Positions 43,542 to 56,192 are shown, numbered from the stretch's first letter. The stretch is DNA of 64,000 nt from Salpingoeca rosetta (GCA_033442325.1 JAWQFM010000023.1:1022590-1086589); one strand, 5' to 3'. Notes: generated by a model from the sequence alone, not told the origin. Made by a program: numbers and translations.

Positions 43542-45452
43542 CCTGAAAGAAACCAACCCAAACAANNNNNNNNNNNNNNNNNNNNNNNNNNNNNNNNNNN
43601 NNNNNNNNNNNNNNNNNNNNNNNNNNNNNNNNNNNNNNNNNNNNNNNNNNNNNNNNNNNNNNNNNNNNNNNNNNNNNNNNNNNNNNNNNNNNNNNNNNNN
43701 NNNNNNNNNNNNNNNNNNNNNNNNNNNNNNNNNNNNNNNNNNNNNNNNNNNNNNNNNNNNNNNNNNNNNNNNNNNNNNNNNNNNNNNNNNNNNNNNNNNN
43801 NNNNNNNNNNNNNNNNNNNNNNNNNNNNNNNNNNNNNNNNNNNNNNNNNNNNNNNNNNNNNNNNNNNNNNNNNNNNNNNNNNNNNNNNNNNNNNNNNNNN
43901 NNNNNNNNNNNNNNNNNNNNNNNNNNNNNNNNNNNNNNNNNNNNNNNNNNNNNNNNNNNNNNNNNNNNNNNNNNNNNNNNNNNNNNNNNNNNNNNNNNNN
44001 NNNNNNNNNNNNNNNNNNNNCACCAGACTCATCGAGCAGCGCTTCCCCTGCAAAGCACGACACAGCGCAACAGCAAGGGTCAGACAAGACACACAGTTTC
44101 AATCACACATCAACGTTCGCCCCTCAACCGTTCAAGAGTTCAGGACAGCAAGCAGCATCCACACACACGCACGAGCCACCTCAGCCATGCACGCCGACAT
44201 CAGCCAGTAGCTCCAAAGTCAGCTCCCTCATCGGCAGCTTCCACGGCAAGAGCAATGGCAACACACTGCCACAGACACATCCCAAACAAGCACCGCCACC
44301 ACCCCTCCCCAAGAGCTCAGGACAGCCAGCAGCATCCACACACACGCACGAGCCACCTCAGCCATGCACGCCGACATCAGCCAGTAGCTCCAAAGTCAGC
44401 TCCCTCATCGGCAGCTTCCACGGCAAGAGCAATGGCAACACACTGCCACAGACGCTTCCCAAACAAGCACCGCCACCACCCCTCCCCAAGAGCTCAGGGC
44501 AGCAAGCAGCATCCACACACACGCACGAGCCACCTCAGCCAAGCACGCCGACATCAGCCAGTAGCTCCAAAGTCAGCTCCCTCATCGGCAGCTTCCACGG
44601 CAAGAGCAATGGCAACACACTGCCACAGACGCTTCCCAAACAAGCACCGCCACCACCCCTCCCCAAGAGCTCAGGGCAGCAAGCAGCATCCACACACACG
44701 CACGAGCCACCTCAGCCAAGCACGCCGACATCAGCCAGTAGCTCCAAAGTCAGCTCCCTCATTCATCGTCAGCATCGGTAATCACCGTGCAACACACTGC
44801 CACAGACACATACCTTCGCCCACGCGGAAGACCAAAGCACCTCCGCCAACCACTGCGTGGCACAACAATCCTTTCTTCTCCAGCAACGCCAGCACCAACA
44901 GTGCCAGCTCAAGTTGTGGCTCCCACAAACAGCACGCTGCAGTTGCACTCGAAAACAAGTCTTTGAAGGAGCAGCTGGCCGCCTCCAGAGCGTCTTATGG
45001 TAAGCCCCGCGTGCGTGCTGCTTCTGTGCTTTTCGCCTACTCCTTTCTTCATCCTGCGTCCAATCACGAGGCGTCCTCCACTCACTCTGTTGGCGTTGGA
45101 ACGCAACCACTCTTTTCCAGATGCTCGCATCTCCGATCTCGAACAGCAGTTGCAAGCAGCGAAGAAAGCTTTGAGCGATATGGAGGCCGCCAACGCCGTC
45201 ACTGGTGAGTTGACAAACTGTGATATGAATAGCGTTCATTTCTTCGTAAAACATGACGCATCTGTTCTTTCAGTCCGGTTTCGTTCCTTCATTCCACGCA
45301 CACATCCATGTTCATTCTTGGTCACCCGCATGTGGACATTACAGAGGCCGCCAAGGAACAGTACAAGACCGAACTTGCGACGTTGACAAAGCAGAGACAA
45401 GACTGGGAACACAAACTCGGTTCGTTTACACACACACACACACACACACACG

Positions 45453-45542
<90 letters not shown>

Positions 45543-47737
45543 CGCGCACACACACGCTCACACACACGAATGCCTGCTGCCTGCTTTCCCTTCGCAAACG
45601 GTTGTGCTCCACCTCTGATCTCTCCTCGTCGCTCACGCCACAACTCTTCTTCTATTTCATGTTGAAACCCTTGGCTTGTTGCCCACAGAAAGCGTGCTGA
45701 ACCTGAACATCTCGCCGTCTCGCTTTGCCAACAAGATCCCCATTTTCGACATCAACAACAAGCCCGTTGGCGGTTCGTTTGGTTCCCTGTTCAAGGCGGA
45801 GCTGGCATGCCAGCCGGTTGCTCTCAAACAGATGCTTGTGGCCGAACGCCCTCGCCTCTCCGAGATCATTGCCTGCGTTGATGGTTCTGAGGATATTCCT
45901 GATCACTTGAAGCAGCTGCGACGTGAGGCGCTCATCCTGCTCTCGCTTCGCCATCCCAACATCGTTCATTTCGTTGGCCTCACCCACGATGAGCAAAGCC
46001 GGACGTTGGCCTTTGTGCTGAGCTGGGCCGAAAACGGATCGCTCTATGATGTGTTGCACGTGAAGAAGCATCCGCTTGACAAACCAACCCGGCTGCAGAT
46101 TGCGTACGAGGTGACCTGCGCCATGGCGTTCCTGCACGCCCAGAACGTCGTGCACCGCGACCTCAAATCGCCTAACGTGCTGCTGGACGCATTGCTCTCC
46201 GCGAAGGTGACGGACTTTGGGCTGAGTGCATTCAAGTCGGCAGACAGGTCTGTTGTGTCGAAAGTATTTGGCACTGAGCTGTGGGCATCGCCAGAACAGC
46301 TACTGAACAGACACGTGCTGCGGGCAGACACGGACGTGTTTTCCTTCGCCTGCATGGCGTGGGAGCTGTTCCTTAACATCAAGCCATGGTACCACATTGA
46401 TTTCCCTAACACAGCAGCGCGCATAGATCACATCAGGGCACTGTACCAGAAGCAACAGTACCTCCCACTCGATGCCGACGTCAAGGGGCGACGTCTAAAC
46501 CAGCCAGAGAAGCAGGTGCTTCGCCAGTGCTTTGACGTGAGTGGAAATCGCCCGTCTTTTGCCCAACTTAAGCCAGCCCTACAAGCGATTGTGAGGGATG
46601 CCAAGAAGCTGGAGAAGCTGAACAAGGAAAAGCAGCTTAAGCTGCTGCATGGTCCTGCCGACGCCGCGTGGAAGTGGCACCCAGACATCCTTGAAACACT
46701 GCAACCCCGAATGGTGGCTCATCCAACACGCGCGTCAGTGCGCATTGCTACTGTAGAAACTGGCCAGAAACAAGCGGCCATTGCAGCGCAGGTGAAGGCA
46801 GAAATTCATGGGCTTGCTCACATGACTGCGTGCGTCTCGATGGCGTGAACAACATGCATCTTTGTGCTGAGAACATGCGTGACTTTCCTTCACCTTTCAC
46901 ACATGCTTTTTCTCTCTTCGCAACCACATTTCACGGCAGATGATCACGGAAGCTGGTGGCCGCTCCAGCCATGAGGCCACTGCGAACCCACTCCACCTCT
47001 TTGGGACGACCCTCGTTGGCGTCGCTGTTGTGCAGTGCAGCCAGAAGAACGCCGCCTTCAACGGCGCCGTGCACCGCAACCTCGACCGTTATCGTGGTCA
47101 CATGAGCAGCGCCAACCACCCGTTCCATCCCAAGTACCAGATGGATCAGACAACGAGTGCACCTGCTCACCCAGAGGAGGCAGCCGTCCTTGCTCGCGTC
47201 ACCCTCCACCCTGCTGGCGCTTCACCGTACAAGGTGCTGGATCAGACCATGATGCAGCCGGATGTGCGTCTTCGCCTGCAGCGCGTGTTCCACGGCGTGC
47301 CGTCCTTTGCTGTGGCCATGAGCATCTTGGGCGGCGATTTCGCACAGCTGCAGAACCTTGATGCTGGGTGGTACGGTGCTGGCTTCTACTTCACGCCAGA
47401 CCTGGACTACGCTTTGAGGTACACGAGGAGGTGCAAGGACGTGCCGCCTGAATTGAGGAAGATGAAGTTGCCTGCAGGCAAGCAGTTCCGCGTCGTGCTT
47501 GTGTGTGACGTACAGTACGGCAACCCGTACCCAGTGCTGGGTACGTCCTTCAATGGCAAGGCACTCGTTGGCGGGCACGATGCCCACGTTGCCGTGGTTA
47601 ATTTCAACTCCGGTAACATCGGGGATGCCAAGCCCATCAAGTCGTCCAAGTGGGCCAGCAAGCGCACCGCCGCCGAGATTGTGATCAACGACCCGTCCTG
47701 CGTCCTCGTGCGCGGCATCCTTGTGTTCAAGGGCTAG
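43410..47737 (+). CDS. Multidomain protein: tandem 59-aa repeats, coiled coil, TKL-like Ser/Thr kinase, PARP-like (H-Y-E) ADP-ribosyltransferase
   Basis: Phase-consistent exons: ~44022-44777, 44884-44999, 45121-45204, ~45344-45418, 45689-46791 and 46940-47737. Candidate first exon 43410-43491 lies before the gap. Kinase motifs GGSFG, VALK, RE(alphaC), HRDLKSPNVLL, DFG, GTELWASPE, DVFSF. ART motifs RVFHG, GWYGAGFYFT, AAEIVI. Confidence 0.85.
44134..44762 (+). repeat. Coding tandem repeat, 177-bp unit (59 aa), about 3.5 near-identical copies
   Basis: Unit starts at 44134, 44311, 44488 and 44665. Unit translation KSSGQQAASTHTHEPPQPCTPTSASSSKVSSLIGSFHGKSNGNTLPQTHPKQAPPPPLP. Confidence 0.95.
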
Positions 47738-48184
47738 CAGCCGAGTTCATCGTGTGTGGTTGTTGCCACTGTCATGTTGTGATGTGACCGCGAATTCTGT
47801 CATCACCTACATCATCCTTTGGACTGTTGTGGATGTTGCAGTTCGTTGCAGTTCGTTTACATATGTTTGCACTTGCGTTGCGTTCCATTTCATTGTTCCC
47901 GCCACCCCGCATCGTTTGTGGTTGGTCTTTCTCTTGGCTTTCCGTCTCCACTCTAGTTACAACCATGTTTCATTCTTCCGTTGTCTCTTTCTTTCTTTCG
48001 TCCTCAGTATGGTGGATCTCACATCCCATCACTGCACAGCAACAACACAGTTACATCAGCGTTCATTCCGTCTCCGCCACAATACAAGAATACAAGGACA
48101 CATGCCACACAATTCAAACCTTGTGCTCAAGCCAAGTTGCTGCAAACCAAAAAGCTTTCTTTGTCCACAATGCCCTGCAAGTCT

Positions 48185-49445
48185 CTACTTCACGGTGTAT
48201 ACGAGGATGGAGCCACCGTCGTAGTTTGGCACAAACGCAGTCTGCAACACTCCAGCCTGCAATGGTGTATATGTTTGGCGCGGGGGGATGTCAGAGTGAG
48301 CATACTTGGTGTGTTAACACACACACATACACAACAAGTACGCTCCCACCGCCTTCCCCTCAAGCCATACCTTGTCAGTGTGTGCTGCGACAACGCCGAC
48401 AACGCCGTTCACGTCCACGATTGTCGTTCTGCTCGCGTTCAAAAAGCGGTGTGACACGACGGGGCATAAGGGGACGTGATGCACGGGGCGGCGCCATTGC
48501 GGTACAAGACGCGCAAACACGTGCACAGACACGCAGACATAGATTCACTGGCATAAACGCAATCGCAGACACACACATACAGATGGCAGGACAGCAAGGC
48601 ACACATTTGGACATTAATCTGCCCACCAATCCACACTGATAGCAGCCCTTGACCGCCCCCCAACTCCCACGACACGCGCTAGAGCCAGACCTGTTGTAAG
48701 CGTCGCCGTTTGGAAAGAGGTTGTAGGCGGCACGGGAGCCATCGCCAGCCACGAGGATGGAGGGCCGTGGCGCGGCCGACGACAGCAGATAGGGGGTGAG
48801 GAAGCCAGGGGAGGCCTGGTTTGGGCCGGGCTCTGTGACGGGGAAGTTGGTGGCGAGGGTGCGGCGGCGATAGGTACCGGCAGGGGACGAGGGCAGGTCG
48901 TACGCAAACACAGACCCGCCTGGGATGCGTATGTGACGCGTACGTGGATGTAACGGTATGTGAGGTGAGGTGAGGTGAGGTGAGGTGATGTGATGTGAGG
49001 TGAATGAATGAATGAGTGAGTGAGTGAGTGAGTGAGTGAGTGAGTGAGTGTGTGTGTGTGTGAGTGTGTGAGTGAGTGAGTGAGTGAGTGAGTGAGTGAG
49101 TGAGTCATGTGAGTGAGTGAGTGAGTGAGTGAGTGAGTGAGTGAGTGAGTCATGTGAGTGAGTGAGTGAGTGAGTGAGTGAGTGAGTGAGTGAGTGAGTG
49201 AGTGAGTGAGTCATGTGAGTGAGTGAGTGAGTGAGTGTGTGTGTGAGAGAGAGAGAGAGAGTGTGTGTGTGTGAGTGAGTGAGTGAGTGAGAGTGTAAGT
49301 GAGAGAGAGTGTGTGCGAGTGGGTGAGTGAGTCATGTGATGCATGCGTTTGTATACATGCATATACGCGTGTGCGTATTTGTGTGTGCACTCTTCTGTCA
49401 CGTTGCAGTGTTGACACTCAGTCTGTACCACAAGCCAAGGCCTCC

Positions 49446-49481
<36 letters not shown>

Positions 49482-49727
49482 GCACCTTTGCCACCGAGGT
49501 GGGTGTTGACGAGCAGTTCCCTGCGGCCGTCGCCGTCCAGATCAATCACCTGAGAGAGGACCAAGAGAAGTTGGTGGGGTAAGACAGAGCAATGTGACAC
49601 TGAGGCGGGTGCAACACATCCTGAAATGAGACGGAAGCACGAACGCAACGAGAGAAGCAGCCACAGCAACACAGGCAGAGAGTGCAAGAGACAGGTACAA
49701 CAACAACAACCAACCAACCAACCAACC

Positions 49728-49765
<38 letters not shown>

Positions 49766-51176
49766 CCGACCAACAACTGACCAACAACTGACCAACAACT
49801 GACCAACAACAACAACAACAACAACTTAAACAACAACAACAACCAACCAACCAACCACCAACAACAACACACAATACCCTCCACACACATACGTTACTCG
49901 CAACCCCTCCCCGCCCAACTTACATGCACGTCCTCTGTTGAGCCGCACGTGCCGTCGACGACAAAGGACTGGAGGAATGTTCCGTTCTCGTTCAGTTGGT
50001 ACATGGCAACCTTAGGGTTGAAGTATTGCGCGGCCACCACATACAACACGCTCGCATCCGGAGCTGTTCAGTGGCAAGGGGGTCGGCGCGTGTCCACGTC
50101 ATCAAGTGATGGTGATGTGAGCGAGGGTGCGCAGTGTGAAAGGCAGCCGAGTAGCTTGCTTACTCTGCGAAGGGGGAGTGGAGCTTGAACAAGCATGTAC
50201 AAGTACAAAACCATGCAGCACGCATACCTTGCGGTGTGAAATCGGCCTGGCTGAGGAGTTTGAAGATGACTTCTGGCCCCTGTGTGATAACGTGCTCTTT
50301 CCACGGCACATTGCTGCAGTGTTGGAGATGAGAGGAAAGGAGCATAGAGGAAGGGGTGGGATGGTGATTACAGCGTGTGAGAATGACATTTGTCGCGCGT
50401 TCCACGGGCGTGAACGCAGAAAGAGTACATGCACCATATAATCAGGCACACACGTGAACATAAACGCACACACACAGATACACACAGACACACAGACACA
50501 TACACACACACACAGACACACACACACACAGACACACACAGACACACACAGACACACAGACACACAGACACACACACGCACGAGAGTGGGTTGGCTGGCG
50601 GCTGCTCGAGCCAGAGGAGCTCGCCGGTGCTGCGCCCGATGATGGGTTTGTTGACACGCGCGGTGAGGAGGTCAAGGCGGCCGTCGTGGTTCATGTCCCG
50701 CCAGATACCCATGTGGTAGAAGTAGCCGTTCTTGTCCGTGGTGAGCTTCACGCATGAGGGGCTGCCTGAAAAGGGGTTGTAGATGATCGAGACACTGCCA
50801 GTCGACTTGCCTGCGCGGAGAGAGTGTTTATGTGTTGTTGTTGTTGTGTGTGTGTTAGAGTGGAAAGACAAGAAGAATGCATGCACGGTGCATGCTTTGG
50901 TGAGTGGCTCACACGGGCGTGTGTGGGTCTATCGTGGCAGCTGCTTGTTTGTCGTCATGCATGCATTGCTGGTGCCGTTTTCCTTCCTCACCTGGCACAA
51001 GAAAGCCGTCTGGCACAAGGATTGCGTCGTCGCGTCCAATGGTTCCAGGGGGCACATACGACACCTGTACACATGCGTTTGTCGTGTTGTTGCGTGTGTT
51101 TGTCTTTTCGCAGGAGCCTCACAAACACGATTGACGTATGAACATAGCCAAAGGATACACACATACACGCACACAC

Positions 51177-51225
<49 letters not shown>

Positions 51226-51541
51226 CAGACACACATAAACACACGCACACACACACACGCTCAGACACACAGACACACACACACACACATTCGCGCACCT
51301 TGTTGGGCCATTTGAAGTCGCAGGAAAACTCCTTGAGCGTTGGGCTGGGCCAGTTTGCCGTCGTCAGGTTGAGCATGGCCACCTGGGGGCGGAGGCGGGC
51401 AAGGGAACAGCGGCCAGAGGTGGGAACAAGCGGGTGGGGAAAAGGAGGGGAGAGGAGGTGCAAGGGTAGACACAGACACACAGACACACGCACGCGCACA
51501 CACCCACACCAAAAAAAAAAACCGTGCACACACACACACAC

Positions 51542-51629
<88 letters not shown>

Positions 51630-51660
51630 CTTGCCGCTGCCAAAGGGTTGGAAGGATGGC
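48185..51660 (-). CDS. FG-GAP/VCBS-repeat beta-propeller protein, apparently lacking its N-terminus
   Basis: Exons give FKWPNK|[15 protein letters not shown]|[79 protein letters not shown], and end [16 protein letters not shown]. Two DxDxDG Ca-binding-type motifs. Confidence 0.75.
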
Positions 51661-51690
51661 ATCCTTCCCTCTCCCCTGCATCCCGCTTGC

Positions 51691-52494
51691 CTTAAAGTGG
51701 ATGGTCATTGGCTCTGGGTCCTTGTTCTCGCGTGCGCACATGGCGGTGTACAGGTCGTGAAACGCCGCCTTGTTTGTATCTGTGAGCGGGTGGAGGAACG
51801 TGGGCTGTGCGTGGGTGGTGAGGTTGCCGCCAAGGCGGTAGTCGACCTCGCTGCTCATGGCAATGACGCGCGTCTGCCGCTCTAGCAGAGCGATAAACGG
51901 CACAAACTGGCTGCGCTGGAGGCCGCCCTTGTACAGCTCTGGTGGCGGGCGGTTGGATGTGGCGACCAAGATTACGCCCCGCTCAAACAGCAGCGTGAAC
52001 AGCCGCCGCAGGATCATTGCATCAGCAACATCCGTCACCTGGTGTGCGTGCGTGTGCGTGTGTGTGTGGGGGGGGGGAATGGATGGTGTGAGGAACGTCG
52101 TCGAAAAGTGTGCGTGTGTGTGTGCGCGCGCGTGTGTATGTATGCGTGTGTTTTTGAGTGTGAAGGGAGCAACTCTGCAGCGATCGCGCTGTGCCGCCGC
52201 TGACCTGGAACTCGTCGAAGCAGAGCACCTGCGCCTCATCAATGAGATCATCCGCAACTGGCGGCATGGGATCCGCAATGCCCTGCGATGACGGGGGATG
52301 GGAAAGGGAGAAGGGATCGTGGCATATGTGTGTGTGATGTGTGTGTGTGTGTGTGATGTGTGTGTGTGTGATGTGTGTGCATGTGTGTGTGTGTGTGATG
52401 CGTGCGTGTGTGCGTGATGAGCGGAGGTGCGAGACAGTACACAATCACAGAACACGATGCGGCGTAGATGTGTTACTTACTTACACACACACAG

Positions 52495-52525
<31 letters not shown>

Positions 52526-52555
52526 GACAGATACAGACAGATACAGACAGATACA

Positions 52556-52591
<36 letters not shown>

Positions 52592-53259
52592 TGAAACCAC
52601 AGCGCGTCTGTTTCATCACTTTCAGACCAGCACACATGCAAACCTACAGCAAGCTTCTTCTCGTGGATGCGCGCGTGCACGTCCAGCATAAAGGGGTGGA
52701 AGTGGGAGCGCAGCTTGCGCGGGGTCTTGACATGGTCATAGAACACGTCCATCAGCATGGTCTTGCCGGACCCCACGCTGCCGTAGATGTACAGCCCCTG
52801 GGAATGCTCCGGCAGGTCGTTGATGCTTGTTGTCTGCCGGCCCTTGGACAGCCCAAATGCGCCCAGGAGCCGGGACGACCAGTGGGACGCCGGCTTCGAG
52901 GACCGCGCGTGGTGCGGTGGCGCCTCGTCCGGGACTGTGGCGTTGACGTGGGTGAGCAGCGCGTCCAAGGCGTCGCACAGCGTCACCTGCGCTGCGTTCT
53001 CCTGTAAGCGGTCAAGGCGGACCTGCTCATCGTAGTGAGCCCGCACGGGCCCAATCACCATCGGCACACCACTGTTGTCGTCGTTTGTGTCGTTGCTGCT
53101 GTTGCTGGTCGCCCTGCATGAACACGACGATGATGACAGCCAGCTCCGTGCTGTGCTGTGCACTGTCGCTACTGCTGCTGCCGCTGCGCCCTCTATTCTT
53201 CTCCCAGCGCTCACGCCCGTCACCACGCGCACCAGCCCTCTGCTGGCTGCCACTCGCAT
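51691..53259 (-). CDS. AFG1L: AFG1/LACE1 (ZapE-like) ATPase, N-terminal portion only; C-terminal half not found
   Basis: Mitochondrial-presequence-like Arg/Ser/Ala N-terminus, [20 protein letters not shown] (Walker A), [22 protein letters not shown]|[10 protein letters not shown] (Walker B) and [25 protein letters not shown]. Confidence 0.88.
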
Positions 53260-53381
53260 CATCATCATCATCATCATCATCATCCTTTGCGCGTGGTTGG
53301 TGCGTGTGTGAGAAAAGCGCACACAACAAGCACAAGGCAAAGAAGGAAAAAAAAAAAAAAGGGGACACACACACGAGCACC

Positions 53382-54325
53382 ATGTCAAGTCTGCCAGTGC
53401 GTGTGCGACGCCAGGATGCGTTGATGGAAGCGGCGTGTGCAGGGGATCTCGACACTGTCACGACCTTGCTTCTCGCAGGCACGGACCCAAACACGGCCAA
53501 CAAAGTTAACGGATGGTGAGTGTGTGTGTGTGTATGACTCATGAGAGTCCTGCTGCTGCTGTCTTGCTCGTCAGTCATCCCTTCTCCGCGCAGGGGTGGG
53601 TTGCTTCTGGCCTTGTCCTTCCCTCAGCCCTCATCGCTCTACCCCGGCCCCAACTACCCTGAACTCACTTCCACGTCGCTGCCACAAACAACACCGCACT
53701 CTTCCTGTGTCTTCTTCCACCTTCATCATCAACGCAGGACACCACTGCACTGGGCTGCAAAGCGCGGACACAAGGCCGTCGTCGAGTGCTTGCTGCAAAA
53801 CGGCGCAGACCCACAGCGCACAAACAAGGACGGCAAGACACCGGCAGACATCGTGCACCAGTCGTGCGCAGCGCTCTTTGGCGTGGACCCAGACGAGCAG
53901 CAGGAGAAGCAGACTGGCCCTGACGCCGACAAGCCCGGGTTTGTGCCATCCTACCTCAAGTACCCCGAGTTCTTCTACGCACGCGCACCCAAGCTGCCGA
54001 CAGCACAGACGGACACGCAACAACGGGGCCAGGACGACAAAGGCGGCACGGAGCAGGAGAAGGGGGACGGCATGAACACGGCAGCACCTCAGGGCATGCC
54101 CCACACCGAACAGCCCAACGTGAGCACACCACCACCAGAAATGACGGCCGACAACACCTTCTTTGACGTGGCCCTTGTACATGAGCGCCTTACCATCTCC
54201 GCCGTCGCTGTTCCGGGCACCACCCTCATCAAGGACATCATGACCCAGCTCTACCCAAAGGCAACAGGGTGTGTTGTGGTGTGTGTGTGTGTGTGTGTGT
54301 GTTGTGTTGTGGTGTGTGTGTGTGT

Positions 54326-54403
<78 letters not shown>

Positions 54404-54838
54404 ACGCGCATTATTCCTGTACTCACACCACGCCCACCACCACCTCACCATTTTACCATCCCACCATCCCACCATCACACCATCACCACCCCACCTTTCT
54501 TTTCTCCCGTCTGCAGCGCACCGGAACACATCTATGCGGACAAGGCGGCCGGCATCCGCCTGCTGCCGTCCCAGACGGTGTTTGAGGCGTTCAGGGGCCT
54601 CGCGCTGCGACAACAGCTCATGGCCGCGCACAGGAAGCAGCTGGAGAAGGAGCAGGCTTTGCAGCTGCAGCAGCAGGAGCAAAGTGGGGGCGACCACATC
54701 GCACAGTATCAACAGCAGCTGTCACAGCACCAGCAACTCACTGAGCAGCAGTCGGTGTTCACGCAGGACCTTGGTCAGTTGAGGGAGCCTTTACACACGC
54801 GCACCGGACACTACGCCCAGCTAGCCATCTTCGTCTAG
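53382..54838 (+). CDS. Ankyrin repeat protein, ANKRD40-like
   Basis: LMEAACAGDLDTVTTLLLAGTDPNTANKVNGW|TPLHWAAKRGHKAVVECLLQNGADP, followed by FVPSYLKYPEF as I recall in ANKRD40. The 3' end is uncertain and may splice onward past 54774. Confidence 0.75.
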
Positions 54839-54842
54839 CACT

Positions 54843-54940
<98 letters not shown>

Positions 54941-55260
54941 TGAAAGAAGATACACTCGAGAGGATTGGGCACGCACGAGAAAAGAGCCAAGAAACGCGCC
55001 CGAGCACAACCCACACACATGCACAACTAAAAGTGGCATTGAACGAATCAGAGTGGATTGGATGCACCAAACAACGGAACAAGTGATATCACACCACCAC
55101 ACGACCGTGACATTGCTACAAACTACATGAGAGGCCGGGAAGTGAAGCGAGGCGCGAGAGACATGGTCATTCACACATGCGCGACAGAGGGTTGTCTATG
55201 TGTCATCATGCACTCACAGAGTGAACCCTCGCCCGTTCATGTATCAGCGGCTGAGTGTCC

Positions 55261-55301
<41 letters not shown>

Positions 55302-56115
55302 NNNNNNNNNNNNNNNNNNNNNNNNNNNNNNNNNNNNNNNNNNNNNNNNNNNNNNNNNNNNNNNNNNNNNNNNNNNNNNNNNNNNNNNNNNNNNNNNNNN
55401 NNNNNNNNNNNNNNNNNNNNNNNNNNNNNNNNNNNNNNNNNNNNNNNNNNNNNNNNNNNNNNNNNNNNNNNNNNNNNNNNNNNNNNNNNNNNNNNNNNNN
55501 NNNNNNNNNNNNNNNNNNNNNNNNNNNNNNNNNNNNNNNNNNNNNNNNNNNNNNNNNNNNNNNNNNNNNNNNNNNNNNNNNNNNNNNNNNNNNNNNNNNN
55601 NNNNNNNNNNNNNNNNNNNNNNNNNNNNNNNNNNNNNNNNNNNNNNNNNNNNNNNNNNNNNNNNNNNNNNNNNNNNNNNNNNNNNNNNNNNNNNNNNNNN
55701 NNNNNNNNNNNNNNNNNNNNNNNNNNNNNNNNNNNNNNNNNNNNNNNNNNNNNNNNNNNNNNNNNNNNNNNNNNNNNNNNNNNNNNNNNNNNNNNNNNNN
55801 NNNNNNNNNNNNNNNNNNNNNNNNNNNNNNNNNNGGGGTGTTGTGGGGGGAGATTTTCACGAGTGCACGCTCGGCTGAACACACCCTCTCTGGGGGGGGG
55901 GGTTTTTTTTTTAGGAAGGGGAGGAACAACAGCGCCGCTTTGTTGTTTGTCGTAGGGTGTTTTATCACCACCAAATCACGCCACCGGGGGGGGGGGGGTG
56001 TGAGTAGGAGTGAGAACGCCAGAGTGAGCCAGTGTCTCGCAGGCAGACCGACAGACAGACAGACAGTCGCACACACGCACACAGAGAGACACAAACACAG
56101 GCAGACACAAACAAA

Positions 56116-56192
<77 letters not shown>

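Noticed and set aside
44134-44762. Regularly spaced repeats as a possible CRISPR array or mobile element
   Set aside because: The units are contiguous 177-bp in-frame copies with no unique spacers, no terminal repeats and no cas or transposase gene, in a eukaryotic context.
53257-53283. Poly-Met N-terminus (MMMMMMMMM) of AFG1
   Set aside because: This is an (ATG)n microsatellite at the start region. The true initiation codon is ambiguous and there is no functional evidence.
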